From: an uncultured Actinomycetes bacterium
Lineage (GTDB): Bacteria > Actinomycetota > Actinomycetes > S36-B12 > UBA10799
Assembly (NCBI GenBank): GCA_964474045.1
Contig: CAYYRC010000006.1
Location: 33,262 to 97,261 of the forward strand
Length of the DNA: 64,000 nucleotides
Reading direction: 5' to 3'
In this document: one piece after another, positions 1 to 16,020 of the stretch
Position numbering within the stretch: the first letter of the stretch is position 1
Layout: every line of letters starts with the position of its first letter
The notes under the pieces: generated by a model
Seen by the model: the letters and a program-made list of their open reading frames with translations, nothing else
Told to the model about the DNA's origin: nothing
The model's database searches: none
Position numbers and translations under genes: made by a program

Positions 1-1786
<1,786 letters not shown>

Positions 1787-1790
<4 letters not shown>

Positions 1791-2293
1791 CCGAGGCCCG
1801 CGAACAACTCGACGCGGCTGGTCCCACCGCCCTGCCGCGGCGGGTCGTCCTCGCCGCCGGAGCCCTGGGCGCGGCCGGCGCCGCCCTGGCCGCCTGCGGC
1901 GGGTCCGGAGCGGGCGGCTCGTCGTCGGGCGCCACCTCGTCGGACGCTACTTCGTCGGGTGCTACTTCGTCGGGTGCCGCCTCTACAGGCGCCGCGCTCA
2001 CCGCGGCCGGCCCCGCGTCCGAGGTGCCCGTCGGCGGGGCCGTGATCGTGCCCGTCGGCGAGACGGCCTACGTAGTCGCCCAGCCCACGGCGGGCAACTA
2101 CGTTGCGCACAGCGCGATCTGCCCGCACCAGGGCTGCCTGTGCAACGCGGTCCAGTCCGGCAAGGCGATCTGCCCCTGTCACGGCAGCGAGTTCAACGTC
2201 CAGACCGGCGCGGTCGAGAAGGGCCCGGCCAAAGAGGGCCTGGCACCGGCGGCGGTGCAGGTGGAGCAAGGCAATCTGCTGTTGCCCTCGTGA
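1787..2293 (+). CDS. Exported Rieske [2Fe-2S] domain lipoprotein
   Basis: N-terminus [26 protein letters not shown] carries an RR motif and a lipobox Cys. Ser/Thr-rich linker follows. Rieske boxes CPHQGC and [12 protein letters not shown] overlap with the uvrA stop. Confidence 0.8.
1922..1981 (+). repeat. 15-nt tandem repeat x4 (tcgtcggNNgcNNcN) encoding (SSGAT)-like units in the Rieske lipoprotein linker
   Basis: Read directly; the protein reads [20 protein letters not shown]. Confidence 0.85.
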
Positions 2294-2312
2294 CCCACGC
2301 CGGGGTGGGCCG

Positions 2313-3863
2313 CTAGTTCGTTGACTGGGCGCGCCGTCGGCTGAGCAGGTAGAGGCCGGCAGTCACGGCGCCCAGTCCTGCGCCGACCCATCCCTGGGCG
2401 CCGATGCCGTCCAGGTAGGCGCGCTGCAACGACGCGCCCACCACCTGCACCTCGGAGGGCGGTACCGCGTACGAGGTTGAGACTTCCTGCACGGAGGCGC
2501 CTGCCCGCAGTTGCTGCGCGATCTGGCTCGCCTCGGCGGCTGGCACGTCGGCGGCGTCCAGCTGGGCGGTGATGGACGTCGAGAAGGCGGCGTAGACGAC
2601 GGTCGAGAACAAGGCGATCCCCGCGACCGACCCCACGCTGATCGCCGCCTGCCGGTAGGCCGACGGACCCCCCTGGGAGGCGGCGCTGGCAGCGTCCATC
2701 AGCGCGTTCGTCATCGGCACCCCTGCCGCTACGGCGGCGTAGCTGTACCCGCACGTCACCAGCAGCGGCCACCACAGTGGCGAGTCCACCCGGAATGTCG
2801 CGCACAGCGCCATCGCGGCCGCGGACAGCAGGAGCAGGGCTGCGCCCGGCGCCGTCAACCCCCAGCGCCGCACGATCGGGCTGGCCGTGCGGGCGCCGAT
2901 GGCCGCACACGCCTGCGCCGGCACCATGAGCAGCGCCGTCTGCAGGATGCTTCGGTCGTAGACGTACTGGTAGGTCAGGGTCATGTAGTACCAGAGCTGG
3001 ATGAAGCACCAGAGCACAATGGCGCCCAGCAGCAGCACCACCCCGGGGCGTCGCAGCATCGTCACGTCCAGCGACGGGTCCCGAGTCCGGCGGAGCACGA
3101 TGACCAGGGCCACGCCCGCCAGGACGGTGATGGCCACGCGCAGCAGCGCCGCGCGCGACATCACGCCGTCCGTTGATGCGTGCGAGATCGCCTGGACGAG
3201 TCCCACGCAGGCCAGGCCCGCCAGCGTCGGCGTCCACCACTCGCCGCCCCTGCCCCCACGCCCGGCGCGCGGCGACGTCGGCAGCGCCCAGCGACCGGCC
3301 AGCAGCGCGATCAGCCCGCCCAGCACCCAGACTCCTGCCACCACCCGCCAGGTCCACCGCTCCATGAGCGCCGCCGTCAGCACCGGCAGCAGCACGAACA
3401 CCAGTGGGCTCACCATCGAGAACATGGCGAAGGCCCGCGTGCGCGCGTCGCGGTCGGCGAACGCCGCCCCGATCGCCGCGAGCGGGACCACCATCAGGAT
3501 GGTGCCGCCCACCGACTGCACCGCCAGCCCCACGGCCGCCGCGGTCACGTCCGGGGACGCTGCCACCAGCGCCGAGCCGAGGGTGAGCAGCAGGGCGCCG
3601 GCGGTGATGATGCGACGGGCTCCGAACCTCGTCGCCAGCAGCGCAGATAGGAAGATGACCAGCAGCGAGGCGATGCTGGGAACCTCGCGCAGGACCGCGC
3701 CGCTGTCCTGGTCCGCGCCGAAAGTGATGAGCATCGGGGTGACGATGTAGCTGATCGTCGCGCCCTGCATGTAGGCCGCACCGGCGGCGACGCAGACGCC
3801 GGCGAGCAGCCGTGATGAGCCGCGACCACCGTCGCTCGCGCCGCGCCCGTCGGAGCCGGCCAT
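2313..3863 (-). CDS. MFS transporter (14-TMS drug/H+ antiporter-like)
   Basis: About 516 aa, almost entirely hydrophobic helices. Start moved to the second ATG (3863) because GGAGG lies 7 nt upstream. The ORF track starts at 3884. Confidence 0.8.
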   Translation of the reverse strand: MAGSDGRGASDGGRGSSRLLAGVCVAAGAAYMQGATISYIVTPMLITFGADQDSGAVLREVPSIASLLVIFLSALLATRFGARRIITAGALLLTLGSALVAASPDVTAAAVGLAVQSVGGTILMVVPLAAIGAAFADRDARTRAFAMFSMVSPLVFVLLPVLTAALMERWTWRVVAGVWVLGGLIALLAGRWALPTSPRAGRGGRGGEWWTPTLAGLACVGLVQAISHASTDGVMSRAALLRVAITVLAGVALVIVLRRTRDPSLDVTMLRRPGVVLLLGAIVLWCFIQLWYYMTLTYQYVYDRSILQTALLMVPAQACAAIGARTASPIVRRWGLTAPGAALLLLSAAAMALCATFRVDSPLWWPLLVTCGYSYAAVAAGVPMTNALMDAASAASQGGPSAYRQAAISVGSVAGIALFSTVVYAAFSTSITAQLDAADVPAAEASQIAQQLRAGASVQEVSTSYAVPPSEVQVVGASLQRAYLDGIGAQGWVGAGLGAVTAGLYLLSRRRAQSTN

Positions 3864-3933
3864 CTGGCACCTCCTCGCCCTCATCCCAGGCTAGAGCCAA
3901 GGGCACTCCGGGCGGCCTGGGTAGGCTCGGAGG

Positions 3934-5850
3934 GTGGCGGACCCGCGCAGCTACCGGCCCGCGGCCGGCTCCATCCCCGACGGACCTGGCGTGTACCGGT
4001 TCCGCGACGGCGAGGGCCGCGTCATCTACGTGGGCAAGGCCAAGAGCCTGCGCAGCCGCCTGAGCAGCTACTTCGCCGACCTGTCGTCTCTGCACACCAG
4101 GACCGCCGCCATGGTCACCACCGCGGCCTCGGTCGACTGGGTCACAGTCGGCACCGAGGTCGAGGCGCTGCAGCTCGAATACTCCTGGATCAAGGAGTAC
4201 GACCCTCGCTTCAACGTGCGCTACCGCGACGACAAGTCCTATCCGTTCCTGGCCGTGACGATGTCCGAGAAGTTCCCGCGGGCCTCGGTCATGCGCGGCG
4301 CCAAGCGCAAGGGCACCCGCTACTTCGGCCCGTTCGCGCACGCCTGGGCGATCCGCGAGACGGTCGACCTGCTGCTGCGGGTCTTCCCGGTGCGCACCTG
4401 CACCAACGGCGTCTTCCGACGCGCCGAACAGGTCGGGCGCCCATGCCTGCTGGGCTACATCGAGCGCTGCAGCGCCCCCTGCGTCGGGCGGGTGGACGAA
4501 CAGGAGTACGCGCTGATCGTCGATGGCTTCGTGGCCTTCATGGCCGGCGGCACGCAGCCGGTCATCGACGACCTGACCGCGCGCATGAGGGCCGCCGCCG
4601 CCGAGCAGGACTACGAGCGCGCGGCCCGGCTGCGGGACGACCTCGGGGCACTCAACCGCGTGCTGGAGCGCAACGCGGTCGTGCTCGGCGACGGCACCGA
4701 CGCGGACATGTTCGCGCTGGCCGCCGACGAGTTGGAGGCCGCCGTACAGGTCTTCCACATCCGGGCCGGCCGGATCCGCGGCCAGCGCGGCTTCATCGTC
4801 GAGCGGGTGGAAGAGGGCGACCAGGCCCAGCTGGTGGCGGCGATGCTGCGGCAGTTCTACGGCGGTGAGAGCGGCGAGGCGGTGCCCCGGCAGGTGCTGG
4901 TGTCGCACGAGCCGGACGACCCCGAGGGCATGCGGGCCTGGCTCAGCGACCATCGTGGGTCGAATGTCGACGTCCGATCCCCGCAGCGCGGGGACAAGGC
5001 CAAGCTGATGGTCGAGCTGAGCCGCAACGCGGAGCAGACCCTGGCCCTGCACAAGACGAAGCGATCCGGCGATCTGACCACCCGCAGTCAGGCCATCGCC
5101 GAGCTGCAGGAGGCCCTCGAGCTGGCCGACGCGCCGCTGCGCATCGAGTGCATCGACGTCTCGAACCTGCAGGGAACTGACGTTGTGGCGTCGCTGGTGG
5201 TGTTCGAGGACGGCCTGCCGCGCAAGTCCGACTACCGTCGGTTCAACATCCGCCAGGCCGGCGACGACACCGCGGCGGTCGCCGAGGTGGTCCGCCGACG
5301 GTTCAAGCGCTACCTCGCCGAGCGGCATGAGGAGACCACGCCCTCGGCGTTCGCGTATTCCCCGGGGCTGCTGGTGATCGACGGCGGCGCCCCGCAGGTG
5401 CGGGCGGCGAAGGCGGCGCTGGACGAGCTGGGTATCGACGACATCGCCGTCTGCGGCCTGGCGAAGCGGCTGGAGGAGGTCTGGCTGCCCGGCGAGGGGG
5501 ACCCGGTGATCCTGGACCGGACCAGCGAGGGCCTGTACCTGCTGCAGCGCGTGCGCGACGAGGCCCACCGGTTCGCCATCGCCGGCCACCGGGCCAAGCG
5601 CGGCGCGCGGATGACGGCCAGCGCGCTTGACGACGTGCCGGGCCTGGGGGACGTTCGGCGGAAGGCGCTGATGCGTCGCTTCTCCTCGCTGAAGAAGCTC
5701 AAGCAGGCCAGCGCCGAGGAGATCGCCGAGGTCCCGGGGATCGGCCCGGCGACCGCGTCGGCGATCATCGCCGCGTTGGCCGGGCAGCCGGCGGCCCAGG
5801 CTGTCAATATGACCACGGGGGAGATCATCGAGCGCATGGGAGAGCAGTGA
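3934..5850 (+). CDS. uvrC: Excinuclease ABC subunit C
   Basis: GIY-YIG N-terminus [26 protein letters not shown]-terminal helix-hairpin-helix [20 protein letters not shown]. 638 aa. Confidence 0.95.
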   Translation: MADPRSYRPAAGSIPDGPGVYRFRDGEGRVIYVGKAKSLRSRLSSYFADLSSLHTRTAAMVTTAASVDWVTVGTEVEALQLEYSWIKEYDPRFNVRYRDDKSYPFLAVTMSEKFPRASVMRGAKRKGTRYFGPFAHAWAIRETVDLLLRVFPVRTCTNGVFRRAEQVGRPCLLGYIERCSAPCVGRVDEQEYALIVDGFVAFMAGGTQPVIDDLTARMRAAAAEQDYERAARLRDDLGALNRVLERNAVVLGDGTDADMFALAADELEAAVQVFHIRAGRIRGQRGFIVERVEEGDQAQLVAAMLRQFYGGESGEAVPRQVLVSHEPDDPEGMRAWLSDHRGSNVDVRSPQRGDKAKLMVELSRNAEQTLALHKTKRSGDLTTRSQAIAELQEALELADAPLRIECIDVSNLQGTDVVASLVVFEDGLPRKSDYRRFNIRQAGDDTAAVAEVVRRRFKRYLAERHEETTPSAFAYSPGLLVIDGGAPQVRAAKAALDELGIDDIAVCGLAKRLEEVWLPGEGDPVILDRTSEGLYLLQRVRDEAHRFAIAGHRAKRGARMTASALDDVPGLGDVRRKALMRRFSSLKKLKQASAEEIAEVPGIGPATASAIIAALAGQPAAQAVNMTTGEIIERMGEQ

Positions 5851-6710
5851 ACGACGACCCGGAACTGCTGCTCGTCACCGGCATGTCCGGGGCGGGCCGC
5901 TCGACGGCGGCCCGGGCGCTGGAGGACCAGGGCTGGTTCGTGGTGGACAACCTCCCGCCCACGCTGCTCGACGCCACCGTGGACCTGGTGGGCCAGCGCG
6001 AGGACGTCGATCGCTTGGCCGTCGTGCTCGATGTCCGCTCGGGACGGTTCTTCGGCGAGCTGCCCGCGCTGGTGTCGCGCATCAGGGCTGACGGCGACGA
6101 CGTCCGGCTGCTGTTCCTGGAGGCCTCGGACGAGATCCTGCTGCACCGTTTCGAGTCCAACCGGCGACCCCATCCGCTGCAGGGCAGCGGCACGCTGCTG
6201 GACGGAATCGAGGCCGAGCGGGCCATCCTCGCGGACCTGCGGGCCCAGTCGGACCTGGTGATCGACACCTCCGAGCTGAACATCCACGACCTGCGGCGCC
6301 GTATCGACGCCGCCTTCGAGCGGGCCGACGACACCCAGCTGCGGGCGACGGTGGTGTCCTTCGGCTTCAAGCACGGCATCCCGGCCGACGCCGACCTGGT
6401 GGCCGACGTGCGGTTCCTGCCCAACCCCTACTGGGTGCCCGAGCTCCGAGACAAGACCGGCCTGGACGCGGACGTCAGCGACTACGTGTTCGAGTCCGAG
6501 GAGGCCCGCGCGTTCCTGGACCAGTACTCCAAGCTGATCGACATCGTCGCCGACGGCTACCTGCGGGAGGGGAAGCGCTTCGTCACGGTCGCCGTGGGCT
6601 GCACCGGCGGCCGGCACCGCAGCGTCGCCATGGCCGAGAACCTGGCGGCGCGCCTGGTGAAGAACGGGGTCGAGAGCATCGTGATGCACCGGGACCTGGG
6701 CCGGGCCTAG
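5847..6710 (+). CDS. rapZ: RNase adapter / P-loop NTPase RapZ (YvcJ family)
   Basis: Walker [11 protein letters not shown]-terminal [10 protein letters not shown] motif. GTGA overlap with the uvrC stop. Confidence 0.9.
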   Translation: MNDDPELLLVTGMSGAGRSTAARALEDQGWFVVDNLPPTLLDATVDLVGQREDVDRLAVVLDVRSGRFFGELPALVSRIRADGDDVRLLFLEASDEILLHRFESNRRPHPLQGSGTLLDGIEAERAILADLRAQSDLVIDTSELNIHDLRRRIDAAFERADDTQLRATVVSFGFKHGIPADADLVADVRFLPNPYWVPELRDKTGLDADVSDYVFESEEARAFLDQYSKLIDIVADGYLREGKRFVTVAVGCTGGRHRSVAMAENLAARLVKNGVESIVMHRDLGRA

Positions 6711-6713
6711 CCG

Positions 6714-7718
6714 ATGGGAGTGGGACGCAGCGGTCCGGGCGCCTTCGGCCCGTTCGGACGCGGGCCGAAGGTCGTGGCGATTGGCGGTGGGCACGGGCTG
6801 TCGGCCAGCCTGTCGGCGCTGGGCCGGCTGACGGACAACGTCACAGCCGTGGTGGGGGTGGCCGACGACGGCGGCAGCAGCGGCCGGCTGCGGGGGGAGT
6901 TCGGCATCCCGCCGCCCGGCGATATCCGGATGGCGCTCGCGGCGCTGTGCAGCGACGACCCCGCCGGTCGGACCTGGGCCTCCGTGCTGCAGCACCGCTT
7001 CGGCGGCGAGGGTCCGCTGGCCGGGCACGCGGTGGGCAACTTGCTGCTGGTGGCGCTGTGGGAGCAGGCCGGGGACATCGTCGGGGGCCTGGATTTCGTG
7101 GGCGCGCTGGTCGAGGCGCGCGGGCGCGTCCTGCCGGCCACGACCTCGCCCATGGAGCTCGTGGCCACGGTCCGGCGCGACGGCGTCGAGCAGGTGGTGC
7201 GCGGACAGGCCAGGATCGCCCACAGCGACTCGCGGGTGCGCGACATCTGGCTGGAGCCCGGCGGCGCGCCGGCGTGCCCGGAGTCCCTGGCGGCCATCGC
7301 GGAGGCCGATCTGATCGTGCTGGGCCCCGGCTCGTGGTTCACCTCCGTGCTTCCGCACTTCGTGCTGCCCGGGTTGCGGGCCGCGATCGCGGAGTCCCAG
7401 GCGCAGCGGGTGATGGTTCTCAACCTGCAGGCCGATACCGGCGAGACCAGGGGCTTCCGTGCCGAGACACACCTGCAGGACCTGCGCGAGCGCTACCCCG
7501 AGGTGCGCCTGGACCTGGTCCTGGCCGACCCGCGCGCGGTGGCCGACCACTCCGCGCTGGAGGACGCCGCGTCCAATCTGGGGGCGGCGGTGGCCTACGA
7601 ACCGCTGGCCGCACCCGCGCGCAGCGTGACGCTGCCCGGGCATGCCCACAATCCGGATCTGTTGGCCGCGGCGTTCGCGGCCGTTGTGGAGCGTGGCAGG
7701 ATTCGGCCATGGCGATGA
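6714..7718 (+). CDS. YvcK/CuvA-family (UPF0052, CofD-like) gluconeogenesis/cell-shape factor
   Basis: [30 protein letters not shown] and [11 protein letters not shown]. Conserved position between rapZ and whiA. Confidence 0.85.
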   Translation: MGVGRSGPGAFGPFGRGPKVVAIGGGHGLSASLSALGRLTDNVTAVVGVADDGGSSGRLRGEFGIPPPGDIRMALAALCSDDPAGRTWASVLQHRFGGEGPLAGHAVGNLLLVALWEQAGDIVGGLDFVGALVEARGRVLPATTSPMELVATVRRDGVEQVVRGQARIAHSDSRVRDIWLEPGGAPACPESLAAIAEADLIVLGPGSWFTSVLPHFVLPGLRAAIAESQAQRVMVLNLQADTGETRGFRAETHLQDLRERYPEVRLDLVLADPRAVADHSALEDAASNLGAAVAYEPLAAPARSVTLPGHAHNPDLLAAAFAAVVERGRIRPWR

Positions 7719-8689
7719 CGGCGGCGGTCAAGGACGAGATGAGCCGGGTCGAGGTAACCAAGGTCTGCTGCCGCAGGGCAGAGGCGGTGGCCATGCTGCG
7801 CTACGGCGGGGCGCTGCACCTGGTCGGCAAGAAGATCGTGATCGAGGCGGAGCTGGATACGGCGGCCGCCGCGCGTCGGCTGCGGGCCACGATCAAGGAC
7901 GTCTACGGTCACGAGTCCGAGCTGATCGTGCTGCAGCCCAGCGGCATCCGCAAGGGAACGCGCTATGTCGTCCGGGTGGCCGAGGGCGGTGCTCAGCTGG
8001 CGCGCCAGACGGGGCTGATCGACGGCGCCGGGCGCCCCGTGCGCGGGTTGCCTGCCAGCGTCGTCGGCGGCGGGCTGTGCGATGCCCAGGCCGCCTGGCG
8101 CGGCGCCTTCCTGGCACATGGCTCGCTCACCGAGCCGGGCCGATCCGGCAGTCTGGAGATCACCTGCCCCGGCTCCGAGGCGGCCCTGGCCCTGGTCGGC
8201 GCGGCCCGCAGGATGGGGATGGCGGCCAAGTCCCGCGAGGTGCGAGGCGTGGACCGCGTCGTCATCCGGGACGGCGACACCATCAGCGCGATGCTCACCA
8301 GGCTGGGCGCACACCAGTCGCTGCTCGAGTGGGAGGAGCGGCGCATCCGGCGCGAGGTGCGCGCCACGGCCAACCGGCTGGCCAACTTCGACGACGCCAA
8401 CCAGCGCCGCTCGGCCGATGCCGCGAAGGCGGCCAGCGCCCGCGTGCGCCGGGCGCTGGAGATCCTGGGCGACGACATCCCGCCGCACCTGGCCGAGGCC
8501 GGGCGGCTGCGCATGGAGCACGAGCGCGCCTCGCTGGAGGAGCTCGGGGCGCTGGCCGACCCGCCGCTGACGAAGGACGCGATCGCCGGCCGCATCCGCA
8601 GGTTGCTGGCGATGGCCGACAAGGCGGCCCGGGCCCAGCGCATCGACGATACCGAGGCCGCCCTCAGGGAAGACCTCTACCTCTCCTAG
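7709..8689 (+). CDS. whiA: Sporulation/cell-division transcription regulator WhiA
   Basis: Starts [16 protein letters not shown] at ATG 7709, overlapping the preceding stop by 10 nt. 326 aa. Degenerate LAGLIDADG-like core and a C-terminal HTH region. The upstream part of ORF 6947..8689 is an out-of-frame overlap with yvcK. Confidence 0.9.
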   Translation: MAMTAAVKDEMSRVEVTKVCCRRAEAVAMLRYGGALHLVGKKIVIEAELDTAAAARRLRATIKDVYGHESELIVLQPSGIRKGTRYVVRVAEGGAQLARQTGLIDGAGRPVRGLPASVVGGGLCDAQAAWRGAFLAHGSLTEPGRSGSLEITCPGSEAALALVGAARRMGMAAKSREVRGVDRVVIRDGDTISAMLTRLGAHQSLLEWEERRIRREVRATANRLANFDDANQRRSADAAKAASARVRRALEILGDDIPPHLAEAGRLRMEHERASLEELGALADPPLTKDAIAGRIRRLLAMADKAARAQRIDDTEAALREDLYLS

Positions 8690-8770
8690 CCTCGCGGTCG
8701 CCTCCCGGCGTCACCGTCACCGCCCGTGGAGCGGCGACGCCCGACTGCGTTTCGGTAGGGTAGGGGCTGA

Positions 8771-11043
<2,273 letters not shown>

Positions 11044-11046
11044 CCC

Positions 11047-11832
11047 GTGGCCGAGTCACGCAAACCGCTGATGGCGGGCAACTGGAAGATGAACCTCAAC
11101 CACCTGGAGGCGACCTCGACCATCCAGCGCCTGGCGTTCTCGCTCAAGCCGGACGACTACGAGGCGTGCGAGGTCCTCATCTGCGCGCCGTTCACCGATC
11201 TGCGCTCCATCCAGACGCTGGTGGACGCAGACCGGCTGAAGATCCACTTCGGGGCCCAGGATGTGTCCCAGCACGACAAGGGCGCCTACACCGGCGAGAT
11301 CTCGGGCGCGATGCTGGCCAAGCTCAACTGCACCTACGTCATCGTCGGTCACTCTGAGCGGCGCGAGTACCACCACGAGACCAACCACGACGTCAACGCG
11401 AAGGCCTTTGCGGCGCTGCGCAGCGGGCTCACCCCCATCATCTGCTTCGGCGAGCCGCTGGAGGTGCGGGAGAAGGGCGACCAGGTCCTGCACGCGCTGG
11501 ACCAGGTGTCGCACTGCCTGGCGGAGTTCACCTCCGAGCAGGCTGCAAAGGTCGTTCTGGCCTATGAGCCGATCTGGGCCATCGGCACCGGCTTGACGGC
11601 CTCCCCGACGGACGCGCAGGAGGTGTGCGGCGCAGTGCGAGGCTGGCTCGCCGACCGCTTCGGTGCGGCCGTCGCCGACAAGGTGCGCATCCTGTACGGC
11701 GGCTCGATGAAGGGCAGCAACGTCGACAAGCTCATGGCGCAGCCGGACATCGACGGCGGCCTGGTCGGCGGGGCGGCGCTGGACCCGGACGAGTTCGCCT
11801 CGATGGTGCGCTACCGGCTGATGGAGCAGTGA
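11047..11832 (+). CDS. tpiA: Triosephosphate isomerase
   Basis: AGNWKMN, VIVGHSERR and YEPIWAIGTG. Confidence 0.95.
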   Translation: MAESRKPLMAGNWKMNLNHLEATSTIQRLAFSLKPDDYEACEVLICAPFTDLRSIQTLVDADRLKIHFGAQDVSQHDKGAYTGEISGAMLAKLNCTYVIVGHSERREYHHETNHDVNAKAFAALRSGLTPIICFGEPLEVREKGDQVLHALDQVSHCLAEFTSEQAAKVVLAYEPIWAIGTGLTASPTDAQEVCGAVRGWLADRFGAAVADKVRILYGGSMKGSNVDKLMAQPDIDGGLVGGAALDPDEFASMVRYRLMEQ

Positions 11833-11911
11833 CCGGCTCGGCACGGGTGGCGCTCCCGCAGCAACGGGTATGGTGGGGCCCGGTGGTGCCCACTGACGGA
11901 AGGTCTGCCCC

Positions 11912-12145
11912 GTGATCCTTGCTCTCGAAATCCTGCTGGTGGTGACGAGCATCCTGCTCATCGCCCTGGTGCTGCTGCACAAGGGCAAGGGCGGCGGCCT
12001 GTCGGACATGTTCGGCGGCGGGCTGTCGTCGACGGCCAGCGGTTCCAGTGTGGCCGAGCGCAATCTCGACCGGATCACGGTGGCAGTCTCGCTCATCTGG
12101 GCCGCGACGATCGTCGGCCTGGGCATCATCGTCGCGCGGAGTTGA
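11912..12145 (+). CDS. secG: Preprotein translocase subunit SecG
   Basis: 77 aa with two TM helices flanking LLHKGKGGGLSDMFGGG. Conserved position after tpiA. Confidence 0.9.
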   Translation: MILALEILLVVTSILLIALVLLHKGKGGGLSDMFGGGLSSTASGSSVAERNLDRITVAVSLIWAATIVGLGIIVARS

Positions 12146-12292
12146 GCCGCGGGCCGGGAGCTCGGACAGGGATTCGGGCCGCGTATTTCGGGGTATCGGC
12201 GTTCGGTGCCGGTACCCACAGCATAGAGTCGGGGGAGTAGTCGGCGGAGCCTTAACCTGGTCCGTCGAAGTCACGGCGATAAGGAGTCGAAA

Positions 12293-12625
12293 GTGGCTGG
12301 AGGCAGCGCAATCCGCGGCACGCGGGTCGGCGCCGGTCCGATGGGCGAAGCGGAGCGCGGCGAGGCGGCACCACGCAGGTTCGTGTCGTTCTACTGCGCT
12401 GACGGTCATGAGACGCGGCCGAGCTTCGCCAGCGACGCCGTGATCCCCGACGTGTGGGACTGCCCCAACTGCGGGTACCCCGCCGGCCAGGACCAGGCCA
12501 ATCCGCCGCGCCCGCCGAAGGTGGAGCCCTACAAGACCCACCTGGCCTACGTCAAGGAACGTCGCTCCACAGAGGAGGGCGAGGCCATCCTGGCCGAGGC
12601 CCTCGAGCGCCTGCGAGCCGAGTAG
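12293..12625 (+). CDS. rbpA: RNA polymerase-binding protein RbpA
   Basis: FYCADGHE..CPNCGYPAG zinc-ribbon-like core and HLAYVKERRS sigma-interaction motif. AAGGAG lies 6 nt before the GTG. Confidence 0.88.
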   Translation: MAGGSAIRGTRVGAGPMGEAERGEAAPRRFVSFYCADGHETRPSFASDAVIPDVWDCPNCGYPAGQDQANPPRPPKVEPYKTHLAYVKERRSTEEGEAILAEALERLRAE

Positions 12626-12629
12626 CGCG

Positions 12630-12645
12630 GCGGCGCTAGCGCCGC
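12630..12645. terminator. Perfect 16-nt palindrome GCGGCGCTAGCGCCGC between convergent rbpA and pgl; possible bidirectional terminator stem
   Basis: Read directly. The centre CTAG contains the pgl stop codon on the minus strand. Confidence 0.3.
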
Positions 12646-13403
12646 AGGCCGGACGCGGCGACCTTGTCGATGAGCGCCAGGGTCTGCTCAGTCCCGTGCA
12701 CGAGGCCGGCCGGCACCTTCGACTGGCCGGGCGGCGGGTTGAGCGCCTCGGCCAGCGCCTCGATCTTGGTCTCGCCGTCGGCGACGAGCCACACGGCGCG
12801 GGCGGTGTTGATGGTCGCGAGGGTGAACGAGAGCCGGTTCGGGGGCGGCTTCGGGGAGTCCAGCACGGCGATCACCGTCTGCGGACCGGTCGCGGTCATT
12901 CCGGGGTTTCCAGGGAAGAGCGAGGCCACGTGGCCGTCGTGGCCCATCCCCAGCATCGCCACGTCGAACCGGGGCAGCGTCCCCGTGCCGGGACCTGCCG
13001 CCGCGGCGAGCTCATCGGCGTAACCCTTGGCCGCGGCGTCGATGTCATCGCCGTAGGGTCCGCCGCGCCGGGGCATGGGATGCACCTTTGCGGGATCGAT
13101 CGGCAGGTGGTCGAGCATGACCTGCCGGGCGCCGGTCTCGTTGCGCAGATCGCTGCCCTCGGGCTCGAAGCGCTCGTCGGACCACCAGAAGTCGACCGCC
13201 GTCCAATCGACGGCGCCCACCGCGGGAGAGGCCGGGACGGCGGCCATGGAAGCCGTGCCGATGGTGCCTCCGGTGAGCACTACATGGGCCCCGCCGTGGC
13301 GTGCCTGCGCGTCCAGGATGGCGGTGATGAGCCGCGCGGCCACGGCCGCCGCCAGCGTGTCGGGATCCGGGTGCACGACGACGAGGTCGGGCGGTCGGGT
13401 CAT
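12636..13403 (-). CDS. pgl: 6-phosphogluconolactonase
   Basis: VVLTGGTIG and LGMGHDGHVASLFP motifs. Last gene of the tkt-tal-zwf-opcA-pgl cluster. Confidence 0.9.
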   Translation of the reverse strand: MTRPPDLVVVHPDPDTLAAAVAARLITAILDAQARHGGAHVVLTGGTIGTASMAAVPASPAVGAVDWTAVDFWWSDERFEPEGSDLRNETGARQVMLDHLPIDPAKVHPMPRRGGPYGDDIDAAAKGYADELAAAAGPGTGTLPRFDVAMLGMGHDGHVASLFPGNPGMTATGPQTVIAVLDSPKPPPNRLSFTLATINTARAVWLVADGETKIEALAEALNPPPGQSKVPAGLVHGTEQTLALIDKVAASGLRR

Positions 13404-13416
13404 GGCGGTTTCCTCC

Positions 13417-14474
13417 CTAGTCCTTGCCCACTGGTGCGGAGGCGTTGACCTCGCCGACGGCCGAGTCGCCCATGCCCTCCTGGCTGACGATGGCCGCGTC
13501 CTCCCCGCTGGGCCGCGTGTAGTCCTCGCCGACCTCCGACGGCGTGCTGCCGTCGGAGAGGTCGTCGGGGTCCAGGCGCGCCACGTCCAGCTGGCGCATG
13601 GTGTCCTCGAACGGCTCGTCGGGGTCCAGCCGGCGCAGCTCCTCGCTGATGAGCTCCTTGACCTGGCGGCGCGGCAGGAATAGTTCCTTGACCGCGATCC
13701 CGCCGCGCTCCACGGTCGCCATGTGGCCGTCCGGGCGCGTGATGGTGATGTCGCCGTCCTCCGTGTGCAGCACGATCTGATTGATGGCTGGCCCGCGGCT
13801 GCTCAGGTACTTCACCGGGACGCCCAGGCGCCACTCCAGCCAGGTCCGCATGAGCGGGGCGCTGGGGATGGGCTCGGAGTGGATGGTGGCGCCGGTGATG
13901 GGCGCGTACGGCTGATCCAGCGTCGCAGCCAGGGCTGCCCGCCAGGGGGTCAGGCGCGTCCACGCCAGGTCGGTATCGCCGCTGGCCAGGTTGTCGCGCA
14001 GGGTGCTCAGGGCTGCGGTGAAGTTCTCCTCCGAGGCCGAGTCCACGATCCGACGGCTTGCCAGCCGCCCCAGCGGGTCGTTCGCCAGCGAAGCGGGGTG
14101 GGCGCCGGGCCACCACACCACGCACGGGGTGTCGGACAACAGCAGCGGCAGCACGACTGAGTCGGCGTGCTTGGACAGTGAGCCGCGCAGGCGCATCCGG
14201 ACGAGCTCGCCGGGCCCGTCGGTACTGTCCCCGACGCTGATGTTGGCGTCCAGCCGCGGCTCCTCGCGGCTGGGCCGCGGGATGACGGTCAAGATGCGCA
14301 TCGGATGCTCACCAGCGGAGTACTGCGCGGCGGCGGTGGCGTCGTTCTGATGCTCCTCGTCGGACACGATCACCAGGGTCATGACCATGCCCGACGCCGT
14401 GGCGCCCTTCTGATGTCGCTCCGAGGCGATCGCGCTGGCGATGGCCCCGGCATTGGTGTTCTCCAGTCGCAGGC

Positions 14475-14478
<4 letters not shown>
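13417..14478 (-). CDS. opcA: Glucose-6-phosphate dehydrogenase assembly protein OpcA
   Basis: 353 aa immediately downstream of zwf with a 4-nt overlap, the typical actinobacterial zwf-opcA pair. Confidence 0.85.
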
Positions 14479-16013
<1,535 letters not shown>

Positions 16014-16020
16014 GAGGGGG

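Noticed and set aside
2179-5589. Very long ORF (1136 aa) on the minus strand, with similar long ORFs at 5310..7649 (-), 17262..19268 (+), 27487..29163 (-), 33442..34794 (-) and 47642..49504 (-).
   Set aside because: All are antisense or out of frame to genes with unambiguous motifs (uvrC, rapZ/yvcK, tkt, sufB, ABC-F, deaminase lipoprotein). Their translations are Arg/Gly/Pro/Ala-rich low-complexity sequence, typical of stop-codon-poor alternative frames in roughly 70% GC DNA.
6947-7708. N-terminal extensions of track ORFs that fuse into real genes: 6947..8689 before whiA, 9703.. before pgk, 32962.. before ABC-F, 30982.. before sufS, 55155.. before the phosphoesterase, 42035.. before the SixA-like gene, 26096..27637 and 21378..22589.
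   Set aside because: The extensions overlap well-supported upstream or antisense genes and have alternative-frame composition. Internal starts that abut or overlap the preceding stop fit the conserved N-termini.
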